Positions 51,352-60,748 of a stretch of DNA of 64,000 nucleotides are shown here, piece by piece; the first letter of the stretch is position 1; each line of letters starts with the position of its first letter. The position numbers were made by a program, and so were the translations under genes. Origin of the DNA: Alphaproteobacteria bacterium (lineage in GTDB: Bacteria > Pseudomonadota > Alphaproteobacteria > MPNO01). The stretch lies in NCBI GenBank assembly GCA_965248835.1, contig CBDFLJ010000002.1, positions 1,344,001 through 1,408,000 of the forward strand, in the 5' to 3' direction. The notes beneath the pieces were generated by a model. The model saw only the letters and a program-made list of their open reading frames with translations. It did no database searches and was not told where the DNA came from.

Positions 51352-52188
51352 ATGAGCAAGAGCTTTGGCGCGCTTTGGCACGACCGGTTCGGCACCGAGG
51401 CGCCGGCGGGCGGCGGCACCAGCCCTGATCCGGCGATCGCCCGGCTGCTCGCCCACCGCACGCACCGGCGCTACACCGACCAGCCGATCGAGCCGGCGAT
51501 GCTCGCGACGCTGTTGGCGGCCGCACTGTCCGCCCCGTCGAAATCCGACCTCCAGCAGGTTTCCATCATCCGCATCAAGGACGTCGCGACGCGCGCAAAA
51601 ATCGCGGCCCTGATCCCCTCGATGCCCTGGATCGGCGCTGCGCCCGAGTTCTTCATCTTCTGCGGCGACAACCGGCGGATCCGCGAGATCTGCCGGATGC
51701 GCGGGCTGGACTACGCCAACGACACGATGGACGCGGTGCTCAACGCGACCATCGATGCCGCGATCGCCATGCAGACGATGATCGCCGCGGCCGAGATCGC
51801 AGGTCTTGGCGCCTGCCCGATCAGCCATGTCCGCGATCACGTCGACACGGTGGCCGAGATCCTGGCGATCCCGGACGGCGTCTTCCCGATCTCCGGGCTG
51901 TGTCTCGGCCATCCCGCCCAGGACGGCTTCATCAGCCTGCGGCTGCCCGCGGAGGTCACCGTGCACACCGACCGCTACGACGATTCCGCGCTCGAGGCGG
52001 AGATCCACGGCTACGACCGCCGCCGCGATGCCCGCTATTCGATCCCGCCGGAGAAGTACAAGCGCACCGAAGCGTTCGGCACGCCGGCGTTCTACGGCTG
52101 GTCCGAGGACAAGGCCCGCCAGATGGCCGTCAACGACGGCCAGACCATGCGCGCCTACCTCGCCGCCAAGGGATTCGCCATCGCGTAG
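51352..52188 (+). CDS. Nitroreductase family protein (NfsA-like)
   Basis: HRT.RRY, APSKS.LQQ.SII, IDAAIA.Q....AAE..GLG.CPI, GLCLG.P, RLP. Confidence 0.88.
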   Translation: MSKSFGALWHDRFGTEAPAGGGTSPDPAIARLLAHRTHRRYTDQPIEPAMLATLLAAALSAPSKSDLQQVSIIRIKDVATRAKIAALIPSMPWIGAAPEFFIFCGDNRRIREICRMRGLDYANDTMDAVLNATIDAAIAMQTMIAAAEIAGLGACPISHVRDHVDTVAEILAIPDGVFPISGLCLGHPAQDGFISLRLPAEVTVHTDRYDDSALEAEIHGYDRRRDARYSIPPEKYKRTEAFGTPAFYGWSEDKARQMAVNDGQTMRAYLAAKGFAIA

Positions 52189-52203
52189 GCGTGCGTGCGC
52201 GGT

Positions 52204-53040
52204 CTACGATCCGTCCAGGAACAGCACTTCCGTCCGCCGCGGCAGATCGCGGAAACTGAGCTCTATCGAGACCGCGCCGTGGCGGCGGACCGGCCATTGC
52301 CTGGCCCGGGCCTGCTCTATGAACGCCTGGACACCGCCCAGCGAGCCGTAATGCATCGGGATGATCAGCACCGGCTTGATCTGGTCGAGCACCTCGAACA
52401 ACTCGCGGTGGCTCATGGTCCACATGCCGTCTATCGGCGCGAACGCGATGTCGATCCGCCCGAGATCGCGGAGCTGGTCCTTGGACAGAACATGGTGCAG
52501 GTGCGAGATGTGGACAACGCACAGGCTCTGGGACTCGATGAGGAACATCGAATTGTTGTTGGTCAGCTTGCCGCCGAGATCGGTGAAATTTGTCGGCACG
52601 TTCCGCACCCGCACGTCCCGGATCGAAAGATTGTGGCGCGCGACTCCGCCCCCGGGATCCCAACCGCGCAGCACGTGGGGGATCGCCTCGTCGGGCTGGT
52701 AGCTGAAATGGGTATCGTGCGCGTTGTTCATCGTCACGATCGTCGGCCGGCGCGGCGGATGGATATAGTCGTTGTAATCGGTGGCGATCCGCACGCCTTG
52801 GGGCGATTCGACCTCGAACGTCGAGTGGCCGATATAGCTGATGCGCAGATGATGCGCCTTGACCGAAGCGGCGGAATAGGCGGCGGGGATGATCCGCGGC
52901 GCACCGTGCGCCATCGGCAGGCAGGCCGCCGACGCCGCACCGGCAAGGCCGATCAGCCCGGCAACGAGCCCCAACGCCTGGACACATCGCGCCAGCCGCG
53001 ATCCCATCGGCATCCTCTCGGCGAACGTCGTCGCATGCAT
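52204..53040 (-). CDS. Exported MBL-fold metallo-hydrolase
   Basis: Signal-like N-terminus, ISYIGHSTF, IATDY, PIDG..TM, IIPMHY; start uncertain. Confidence 0.8.
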   Translation of the reverse strand: MHATTFAERMPMGSRLARCVQALGLVAGLIGLAGAASAACLPMAHGAPRIIPAAYSAASVKAHHLRISYIGHSTFEVESPQGVRIATDYNDYIHPPRRPTIVTMNNAHDTHFSYQPDEAIPHVLRGWDPGGGVARHNLSIRDVRVRNVPTNFTDLGGKLTNNNSMFLIESQSLCVVHISHLHHVLSKDQLRDLGRIDIAFAPIDGMWTMSHRELFEVLDQIKPVLIIPMHYGSLGGVQAFIEQARARQWPVRRHGAVSIELSFRDLPRRTEVLFLDGS

Positions 53041-53161
53041 GGCTCAACCTTACGCCAATCCGGCGCCAAGGCCAGTCTGGAATCGACGCGGCCGGTGCCC
53101 GGCCCGCCGATTGCGCACGCTGCCGTGCTGGGCGAGACTGTTGGTGGAAACGACGGCATCA

Positions 53162-53842
53162 ATGGCGAAAAAGCCTGATCATCTGGGCCACCGGGCGCGT
53201 CTTAGGGAGCGCTTCCGGTCGGGCGGCGGCGATGCGCTGGCCGATTACGAACTACTCGAACTGTTGCTGTTCCAGGCGATCCCGCGCCAGGACACCAAGC
53301 CGGTCGCCAAGGCGCTGTTGCGCCGGTTCGGAACTTATGCGGCCGTCTTGCGCGCCGAGCCCGCGGCGTTGGGCGAGGTCGAGGGTATCGGCGAGGCCGC
53401 TGTGGTGGCGATCAAGACCGTTGCGGTCGCAGCCGAACGGCTTGCCCGGCAGGAGGTGATGGACCTGCCGGTGCTGAACTCCTGGGACGCTCTGGTGGCC
53501 TATCTGCGCGTCAAGATGGCTCATCAGAAGACTGAAAGCTTCCGGATCCTCTTCCTCGACACCAAGAACCGCCTGATCGCAGACGAAGAACAGCAGCGCG
53601 GCACCGTCAACCACACCCCGCTCTACCCGCGCGAGGTCATGAAACGCGCGCTCGATCTGGCGGCAAGCGCGGTGATCCTGGTCCACAACCACCCCTCGGG
53701 CGACCCGAGCCCGTCCAAGGCCGATATCAAATTGACCAAGGAGGTGCGCGACCTCGGCGCCGGGATGGGTGTGGTTGTCCACGACCACGTGATCGTGGCG
53801 CGCGGAGGGCACACCAGCTTTCGCTCGATGGGCCTGCTTTAG
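53162..53842 (+). CDS. radC: RadC / JAB-domain protein (UPF0758)
   Basis: GHRARLRERF, DYELLELLL, HNHPSGDP.PS.AD, HDH. Confidence 0.95.
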   Translation: MAKKPDHLGHRARLRERFRSGGGDALADYELLELLLFQAIPRQDTKPVAKALLRRFGTYAAVLRAEPAALGEVEGIGEAAVVAIKTVAVAAERLARQEVMDLPVLNSWDALVAYLRVKMAHQKTESFRILFLDTKNRLIADEEQQRGTVNHTPLYPREVMKRALDLAASAVILVHNHPSGDPSPSKADIKLTKEVRDLGAGMGVVVHDHVIVARGGHTSFRSMGLL

Positions 53843-53923
53843 ACGCACCGCAAAGGGGCGGCCGCGGCCCCTGGTTGTGTATAACGCACGCGGTGTCGAT
53901 GCGGGCGAGGAGACCGGAGAGCG

Positions 53924-55060
53924 ATGTCGTTCAACGTCGCGGTGATCGGCGGCGGGCCGGCCGGGCTCTATTTCAGCTTCCTGCTCAAACGCAGGCGGCC
54001 GGATGCGGTGGTGCGGATCTGGGAGCAGAACCCGAGCAACGCGACGTTCGGTTTCGGCGTGGTGTTCTCCGACCGGGCGCTGGAGTTCCTGCGCGAGGAC
54101 GACGAGGACACCTACGCCTTTCTCCAACCGCATATCGAGACCTGGCCGGACCTCAAGATCGTCCATCGCGACGCCGCGGTCCCCATCGACGGCAACGGCT
54201 TCGCCGCGATCGGCCGGCTCGAACTGTTGCGGCTCTTCCATCGGCGCTGCGCCGCCCAGGGCGTAGAGATCACCTTCGAGCATCCGGTGGGCGCCGACGG
54301 GCCGCGGCAGGAGGCCGACCTGGTGGTCGCTGCCGACGGGGTCAACTCGGTGGTCCGCGCGAGCCTCGGCGCGGCTTTCGAGACGACCGTCTCGGAACGC
54401 TCGAACCGGTTCGTGTGGTACGGGACCACCAAGGTTTTCGATACGTTGAGCCTGACCTTCCGGCGCGGCGCGGACGGGGCTTTCGTCGCCCATCATTACC
54501 GCTACAGCCCGACGATGAGCACCTTCATCGTGGAGTGCGACGAGGCGACCTGGCACCGCGCCGGGTTCGCGGCGATGAGCGATGCCGAAAGCCGCGCGTA
54601 TTGCGAGCGGGTCTTCGCGCCCGATCTCGACGGCCAGAAGCTGATTTCGAACAAATCGCTCTGGCGCCAGTTCCCGGTTATCTGGAACGCGCGATGGAGC
54701 GCCGGAACCGTCGTGCTGCTGGGCGATGCGCTGCGGACCTGCCATTTTTCCATCGGCTCGGGCACCAGGCTCGCGATGGAGGACGCGATCGCGCTCGACC
54801 GGGCGCTGGCCGCGGCCAAGGACGCGGTGCCCGAAGGGCTCGCCCGTTTCGAGGCCGCCCGTCGCCCGCCGGTCGAAAAGATCGTCGCCGCAGCCAACCT
54901 CAGCGCCGGCTGGTACGAGCGCATCGACCAGACAATGGCACAGTCTCCGGAAGAGTTCGCCTACGACTACATGACCCGTACCGGCCGGGTGAGCGATCAG
55001 CGCTTGAGCGCCATCGCGCCACGATTCATGGCCCGCTACCTGGCAAGGCCGCAAAGCTGA
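53924..55060 (+). CDS. FAD-dependent monooxygenase (aroyl-CoA hydroxylase domain-like)
   Basis: GGGPAGL, TFGFGVVFS, AADGVNS, LLGDA..T.HFSIGSGTRLAMEDA. Confidence 0.88.
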   Translation: MSFNVAVIGGGPAGLYFSFLLKRRRPDAVVRIWEQNPSNATFGFGVVFSDRALEFLREDDEDTYAFLQPHIETWPDLKIVHRDAAVPIDGNGFAAIGRLELLRLFHRRCAAQGVEITFEHPVGADGPRQEADLVVAADGVNSVVRASLGAAFETTVSERSNRFVWYGTTKVFDTLSLTFRRGADGAFVAHHYRYSPTMSTFIVECDEATWHRAGFAAMSDAESRAYCERVFAPDLDGQKLISNKSLWRQFPVIWNARWSAGTVVLLGDALRTCHFSIGSGTRLAMEDAIALDRALAAAKDAVPEGLARFEAARRPPVEKIVAAANLSAGWYERIDQTMAQSPEEFAYDYMTRTGRVSDQRLSAIAPRFMARYLARPQS

Positions 55061-55117
55061 GGCGGCACCGCCCAACCGCAACGCATCACGGCCGGGCGCG
55101 CCACGCCGTTGCCGCGT

Positions 55118-55963
55118 TCAGGGCTCGAACAGGAGATAGGTGCGGGTCTCGATGCTCTCGCGCGGCGGGTCGATCGAGCTCTGATCCGGCAGGCGGAAGG
55201 CGCCGTGCGGGGTGAACCGCGCGCGCCCGTCATCGAGACTGTCCCAGCCCTTGATCAGCAGCACCTCGTCGCGACGCATCGCGGGCGCCCAGTACCAGCG
55301 TTGTCCCGGTCCGTGGGCGACCTGGTAGATCTCGCCGACCCGGTCGGGAAAGACCTGCTCGGTGGCGACAAACGCCTCGTCGGCCACCGAGCCGGCGTCA
55401 GCCACCGCCAGCGGGGTGCGCCGGACCGGCCCGGAGATCGGGCGCCAGACATTGACTTGAACGATCCGCCCGCCGCCGCCGATGACGCGATCGAACAGCG
55501 CGGCGTCCAACACTTCGCGCGCCCGCACCGGGCCCGATTCGGTCGTGTAGTCGACATGGACGCGCTCGGCCGGGCCGCGCAGCCCGTCCGGGTTGGCCGC
55601 GCCCTCGCTGCGATCGGAACGGCGCGTATGATCGAAGACCACGACCCGGTCCGCCTCGGCATAGGCCTTCAACAACCCCTCGATCTCGGGATTGTAGACG
55701 TCGAGGATCGCCGCGTCGTCGTAGAGGTCATCCACCGCGGTCGCGTGGGACAGCAGCACGAATCCCTGGCGGTCGATTGACAGCGTCGGGGCGATCGGGC
55801 GCATGTCGCGGATGCTGACCGTGCGGTCCTCGACATCGAAAAAGATCTCCGGCGTCCCGCCGGTCAGCGCCGAGCTATGGAAATAGGGCTTGGTCTCTTG
55901 CGGTACGATGAAGGTGAGCGGCGCCCGGACGTCTTGCGCCCCGGCTTGTGTCGGCGGGCTCAT
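55118..55963 (-). CDS. CmcJ/NvfI-like oxidoreductase
   Basis: IRDMR, D.QGF.L, VFDHT.R, VHVDYT, NVWRPI, PLAV.D, TPHGAF, RESIETR. Confidence 0.8.
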   Translation of the reverse strand: MSPPTQAGAQDVRAPLTFIVPQETKPYFHSSALTGGTPEIFFDVEDRTVSIRDMRPIAPTLSIDRQGFVLLSHATAVDDLYDDAAILDVYNPEIEGLLKAYAEADRVVVFDHTRRSDRSEGAANPDGLRGPAERVHVDYTTESGPVRAREVLDAALFDRVIGGGGRIVQVNVWRPISGPVRRTPLAVADAGSVADEAFVATEQVFPDRVGEIYQVAHGPGQRWYWAPAMRRDEVLLIKGWDSLDDGRARFTPHGAFRLPDQSSIDPPRESIETRTYLLFEP

Positions 55964-56160
55964 GCAACGGCTTCCCTGCTGTCGATCGCCGCAGCTTGGT
56001 CCCCGCCGACCGGTTTGTCCACACGCAAGGAAGTGATCCGGCTCAGAATCCATTTGCCCGGTCGGCTGCGCACGTCTATCGAAAATCGACTCCGACCCCG
56101 ATTAACGCGATGCGCGCGCCATCGTCGGGCGGGGCTTTTGATCCCGAACCCGCAGCCGTA

Positions 56161-56859
56161 TCAGCCCTCATCCGTCATCGCGATCACAGTCGGCTGGATT
56201 TCGGCGAACGCGGTGACGATCCGGTGGGCGCCGGCGGCCTGCAGCTCGGCGACCGCGTGGACGCCCCAGTTCACCCCGACCGCGCCGGCGCCGGCATTGA
56301 TCGCCATTTCGACATCGAAGGTGGTATCGCCGATCATCACCGTCTCGGCCGCGGCTGCGCCGACATCGGCCATCGCCTGGAGCAGCAGGTAGGGGGCGGG
56401 CTTGCCGGGGCCCATGTCGGCGGTCTTGACCACGCAGAAATGATCACTGATCTGGTGGGCTTCGAGCAGATCGAACAGACGGCCCCCCGACCGGCTGGTC
56501 ACGATACCGAGCACGTAGTCGTCTTCTTCCAGGGCACGCAGCGTCTCGCGCGCACCGGGGAAAAGCGTCTCGCGTCGTGCCGGACGGCTTCGGCGGCCCA
56601 GCCTTACGTCTTCGTAATAGGCACGGATCCGCTCGAACTCGCTGGGCCCCGCGTCAGGCAGCAGAGCGATCACGCTCTCTTCCCAGGGCAGCCCGATGAT
56701 TCGGCGGACCGCGTCGGTGTCGGGCATGGGAAACCCGCAGGCCTCCCAGCACGCGCACACGCCCTCGACGATCGAGGCCGCGCTGTCGAGCAGCGTCCCG
56801 TCGAGGTCGAAGGCGGCAAAACGAATGTTGCGACCGCTGAACAAAACCACCCGCTGCAC
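56161..56859 (-). CDS. HAD-IA family hydrolase (phosphoglycolate phosphatase-like)
   Basis: FDLDGTLLDS, KPAP, MIGDTTFD..MA, GVNWG. Confidence 0.9.
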   Translation of the reverse strand: MQRVVLFSGRNIRFAAFDLDGTLLDSAASIVEGVCACWEACGFPMPDTDAVRRIIGLPWEESVIALLPDAGPSEFERIRAYYEDVRLGRRSRPARRETLFPGARETLRALEEDDYVLGIVTSRSGGRLFDLLEAHQISDHFCVVKTADMGPGKPAPYLLLQAMADVGAAAAETVMIGDTTFDVEMAINAGAGAVGVNWGVHAVAELQAAGAHRIVTAFAEIQPTVIAMTDEG

Positions 56860-56865
56860 CTTCGG

Positions 56866-57855
56866 CTAGAACGGACTGTCAAACGTAAACGGGGCGATAT
56901 CGCGGCCGAACTCCTCGGCGAAGCCGTAGAACGACCACTGGGCGCGCATCGCCGCGTCGAGCGGCGCGGCAACCGTCACCGCGCCGCCGGCTTCGCGCGG
57001 GATGTGCAAGCGTCTGGCATGCAGCATCAGGCGCCCGACAACCGGCCGGCCGTCGGGCTGCGGACCCGGGCGGCCGTATTTGCGGTCCCCCAGGATCGGC
57101 GTGCCGAGTGCCCGGCAATGCACGCGAAGCTGGTGGGTCCGGCCGGTCCGAGGTGCCAGCGACAGCCACGAGACGACATCGCGGACGGAATCGATGACCG
57201 CATAGTCCGTCCGCGCCGGCTTGCCGTCCTGTTCATCGGCCATGACCTGCTCGCGCCCATCGGGATCGATGGGCTTTTTAGCGAGCGCCAGGTCGAGCGT
57301 GCCGCGTTCGGGGTGTGGCACGCCGGCGACCAGCGCCCAGTATTCCTTGACGATCAGGCCGTCGCGGAACGCACCGACCAAAACGGAGGCGGTTTTGCGG
57401 TCGCGGGCAAGCACCAGGACGCCGCTGGTCGCCTTGTCCAGCCTGTGAACCAGGCGGGGGCGTTCATCGGCCCCGAAGCGAAGCCCCTCGAGCATTCCGT
57501 CGACCGATTCCCCGACCTTGGAGCCGCCCTGGACTGCGAGCCCGGCCGGTTTATCGATCGCGATGATGTGCTCGTCACGGTAGAGCACCAGGTTCCGGAT
57601 GAACGCCCGCTCCGCTTCGCCCAGTCTTTCCTCGCTCGCCGGCGTATCGAGGAGGCTCGGCGGGAGGCGGATCTGCTGGCCGGCGGCAAGCCGCGCGGAG
57701 GCTTTCGCCCGTCCGCCGTCCAGACGCACCTGGCCGGTGCGCAGCAGCTTCTCCAGCCTTCCGTGGCCCAGCGCCGGATAATGGCGCTTGAACCAGCGGT
57801 CGAGCCGGATGTCGGCATCGCCGGCCGCGACGGTCAGCGTGCGCGCCCGGCTCAT
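56866..57855 (-). CDS. RluA family pseudouridine synthase with S4 domain (RluC-like)
   Basis: RLDRWF, DKPAGLAVQGG, VHRLDK.TSG, TGRTHQLRVH, PILGD.KY, LHA; ATG at 57855. Confidence 0.93.
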   Translation of the reverse strand: MSRARTLTVAAGDADIRLDRWFKRHYPALGHGRLEKLLRTGQVRLDGGRAKASARLAAGQQIRLPPSLLDTPASEERLGEAERAFIRNLVLYRDEHIIAIDKPAGLAVQGGSKVGESVDGMLEGLRFGADERPRLVHRLDKATSGVLVLARDRKTASVLVGAFRDGLIVKEYWALVAGVPHPERGTLDLALAKKPIDPDGREQVMADEQDGKPARTDYAVIDSVRDVVSWLSLAPRTGRTHQLRVHCRALGTPILGDRKYGRPGPQPDGRPVVGRLMLHARRLHIPREAGGAVTVAAPLDAAMRAQWSFYGFAEEFGRDIAPFTFDSPF

Positions 57856-57988
57856 CCGGGCACCGACCGGGTGAGCCGCAGCCCGGCGATCAGCAACGCC
57901 CGCAGCATCCAGGCTTCCTCCGCCGCCAGGGCGAGCGTCTCGGCAGGCGCACCCGCGCCCCGCCGGGCACAATTGCGGCCGGGCGCAT
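57852..57988 (-). pseudogene. crcB: Probable collapsed remnant of the fluoride exporter crcB/fluC
   Basis: 137 bp between rarA and rluA; start coupled to the rarA stop (TGATG), stop coupled to the rluA start (ATGA); one frame reads MRPAAIVPGGA, another ETLALAAEEAWMLRALLIAGLRLTRSVPG*. Confidence 0.55.
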
Positions 57989-59289
57989 CATCGCGGCCGC
58001 TTGCGCCGTTCCGCCCACGCCTTCAGACGTTCGGCGAGCCGGGCTTCCTCGCCGCGCCCGGTCGGCACGAAATAGGTCTCCGGCACCATCTCGTCGGGGA
58101 AATAGTTGTCGCCGGAAAACCCTTCGGACGTGTCGTGGTCATAGGTGTAACCGGCGCCGTAGCCGAGATCCTTCATCAGCGCGGTCGGCGCGTTGAGAAT
58201 GTGGGCCGGCGGCATCAGCGAGCCGGTGCGTCTGGCCGCCTCGCCGGCCGCACCGAACGCCCGGTAGAGCGCGTTGGATTTGGGCGCAGCGGCGAGATAG
58301 ACCACCGACTGGGCAATTGCCAGCTCGCCCTCCGGCGAGCCGAGCCGTTCATAGGTCTGCCAGCCGGCGAGCGCCTGGACCAGCGCGCCGGGATCGGCCA
58401 GCCCGATATCCTCGGTCGCGAGCCGGGTCAGCCGCCGGGCGATGTAACGCGGATCCTCGCCGCCTTCGAGCATGCGGGCCAGCCAGTAGAGCGCCGCATC
58501 GACATCGGAGCCGCGGATTGCCTTGTGCAGCGCGCTGATCAGGTTGTAATGCCCGTCCTGGGACTTGTCGTAGAGCGGCGCCCGGCGCTGGACCAGAGCC
58601 GACAGAGCGGCGACATCGAGCGGCCGGTCGCTGGGTTGGCCAAAGACGGCATCGGCAAGGTTCAGCGCGTAGCGCCCATCGCCGTCGGCCATCTCGCATA
58701 GCGCCCGCCGCGCCTGGCCGTCGACCGGCAGGGCGCGGCCCATCTCGGCCTCGGCACGGACAAGCAGCGCCTCCAACGCCGCGTGGTCGAGCCGCGCCAG
58801 GACGAAGACCTGGCAGCGCGACAGCAGCGCTCCGTTGAGCTCGAAGGACGGGTTCTCGGTGGTCGCGCCGACCAGCGTGACCGTCCCGTCCTCGACATAG
58901 GGCAGGAACCCGTCCTGCTGGGCGCGGTTGAAGCGGTGGATCTCATCGACGAACAACAGCGTGCCCTGCCCCGCCGAGCGGTGGCCGCGCGCCTGCTCGA
59001 AAATCCGCCGGAGATCGGCGACACCGGAAAAGACCGCCGAAAGCGGCTCGAAGTGAAGCGCCGTCACATCGGCCAGCAGCCGCGCAATGGTCGTCTTCCC
59101 CGAGCCCGGCGGCCCCCAAAGGATCATCGAGGCGAGCTTGTTCTCGGCCAGCATCCGGCCGACCGGCCCGTCCGGGCCGAGCAGGTGGTCCTGGCCCAGC
59201 ACATCGGCGAGGCTTGTCGGGCGCAAGCGGTCGGCGAGCGGCCGCGGCGCTTGGGCTTCGAACAGACCGGGGCTCGAGTCGGCGGCCAT
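57988..59289 (-). CDS. rarA: Replication-associated recombination protein A
   Basis: PLADRLRP, GPPGSGKTT, DEIHRFN, ATTENP, ISALHK..RGSD, EDIG.ADP. Confidence 0.96.
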   Translation of the reverse strand: MAADSSPGLFEAQAPRPLADRLRPTSLADVLGQDHLLGPDGPVGRMLAENKLASMILWGPPGSGKTTIARLLADVTALHFEPLSAVFSGVADLRRIFEQARGHRSAGQGTLLFVDEIHRFNRAQQDGFLPYVEDGTVTLVGATTENPSFELNGALLSRCQVFVLARLDHAALEALLVRAEAEMGRALPVDGQARRALCEMADGDGRYALNLADAVFGQPSDRPLDVAALSALVQRRAPLYDKSQDGHYNLISALHKAIRGSDVDAALYWLARMLEGGEDPRYIARRLTRLATEDIGLADPGALVQALAGWQTYERLGSPEGELAIAQSVVYLAAAPKSNALYRAFGAAGEAARRTGSLMPPAHILNAPTALMKDLGYGAGYTYDHDTSEGFSGDNYFPDEMVPETYFVPTGRGEEARLAERLKAWAERRKRPR

Positions 59290-59292
59290 CGA

Positions 59293-60702
59293 TCAGGTCC
59301 CGAACACGACGGAAATGGTCTCGCCTTCGCGTCGTATCGCCATGTGCCAGCGCTCGGCAGGCCTGGACAGCAGCGCGCGCAGCCCCGCGACCGAGCGCGG
59401 CTCGCGTCCGTTGATCCTGAGCAGGATGTCACCGGGGCGGAAGTCGAGCCTGGCCGCGGTGCTGCGCGGCGGTATTTTGATGACCACCGCCTTGTCGGGA
59501 ATCGCCTCGATTTTCAGCTCCTCGGCCACCGCCGGCGAGAGATTGGCGACCGTGGCGCCGGACAGGGGGTGCTGACCGGTGAGCGCGGTGAGATTGCGCG
59601 GCGGGATCTCCGGCGCGCTCATGACCGAAAGCCTCAAGGTCTGCGCGCGGCCGCCGCGCAAGATCGAAAGCCGGGCGGTCGCGCCCAGCCTCAAGGTCGC
59701 GATCCTGAAGGACAGGCCGGCGCGGTCATCGATCGGCCGCCCGTCGACCGCGGTGATCACATCGCCTTGGCGCAGCCCCGCCTCATCGGCCGGGCCGCCG
59801 CGCCAGACATCGCGGACGATGACCCCGACCGGCCGGTCGAGTCCCAAAGACGCGCCGATCTCGGCGGTGACGTCCTGGGTCGTGGCTCCGAGCCACGGCC
59901 GGACGACCTTGCCCTGCCGGTCGATCGCATCGATCACCGACGCGACCATGTTCGAGGGGATGGCGAAGCCGATACCGATCGAGCCGCCGCTGCGCGAATA
60001 GATCGCGGTGTTGATGCCTACCAGGCGGCCGTCCATGGACACCAGCGCGCCGCCGGAATTGCCCGGGTTGATGGCCGCATCGGTCTGGATGAAGAAGCTG
60101 AAATCCGACACGCCGGCCGCCGTGCGCGCCATCGCCGAGACGATCCCGCTGGTCACGGTCTGGCCGACCCCGAAGGGGTTGCCGATCGCCAACACGAGGT
60201 CGCCGACTTCGAGATTGTCGGAATCCCGGAGCGCCAGGTAGGGAAGGCGCTCTCGGCCCGGATCGATTCGCAGCACCGCCAGATCGGTCCGCTCGTCGGA
60301 GCCCACCAGCCGCGCATCGAACTCCCGACGGTCGGCAAGCACGACGGTGATGCTGCTGGCCTGCTTGATGACATGATGGTTGGTCACCACAAGCCCGTCG
60401 GGCCGGACGACCACGCCGGAGCCGAGCGCGTTCTCCACCCGCTCGCGCGGCCCGCCGAAGGAGAGGCCCTCATCGAAAAAGCGCCGGAAGAACGGGTCGT
60501 TGAACAGCGGCGAAAACGGCGCACTGCGGACCACCCGCTTGGCGTAGATGTTGACCACCGCCGGCGCAGCCTGCTTGACCAGCGGCGCGAAGGAAAGCCG
60601 GATCTCTTCGCGGTCGACAGGCATCCGCTTCTGCGCTCCGGCATCGGTGCCGGCGAGCGCGGCGAGGGCCGCCAATACGAAGATTGCGGGCAAACGGATC
60701 AT
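59293..60702 (-). CDS. degQ: DegQ/DegP (HtrA) serine endoprotease with two PDZ domains
   Basis: Signal peptide, LGSGV, TNHHV, DLAVL, IGNPFG, TDAAINPGNSGG. Confidence 0.92.
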   Translation of the reverse strand: MIRLPAIFVLAALAALAGTDAGAQKRMPVDREEIRLSFAPLVKQAAPAVVNIYAKRVVRSAPFSPLFNDPFFRRFFDEGLSFGGPRERVENALGSGVVVRPDGLVVTNHHVIKQASSITVVLADRREFDARLVGSDERTDLAVLRIDPGRERLPYLALRDSDNLEVGDLVLAIGNPFGVGQTVTSGIVSAMARTAAGVSDFSFFIQTDAAINPGNSGGALVSMDGRLVGINTAIYSRSGGSIGIGFAIPSNMVASVIDAIDRQGKVVRPWLGATTQDVTAEIGASLGLDRPVGVIVRDVWRGGPADEAGLRQGDVITAVDGRPIDDRAGLSFRIATLRLGATARLSILRGGRAQTLRLSVMSAPEIPPRNLTALTGQHPLSGATVANLSPAVAEELKIEAIPDKAVVIKIPPRSTAARLDFRPGDILLRINGREPRSVAGLRALLSRPAERWHMAIRREGETISVVFGT

Positions 60703-60748
60703 CGGCGCACCATGCCGCGCCGCCGGCCGATTGAAAAGAGGTCGGGCC

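Noticed and set aside
51352-52188. Nitroreductase as the missing dehydro-F420-0 reductase
   Set aside because: It looks NfsA-like, lies 17 kb from the cof operon and follows map; nothing links it to F420
53162-53842. radC as a mobile-element or defence marker
   Set aside because: Full-length chromosomal type in its usual position near map
55948-58701. 917-aa plus-strand ORF, and similar long ORFs at 29051..31279, 42710..44764, 53252..55081 and 58783..60792
   Set aside because: Antisense shadows of well-supported genes in high-GC DNA; no motifs of their own
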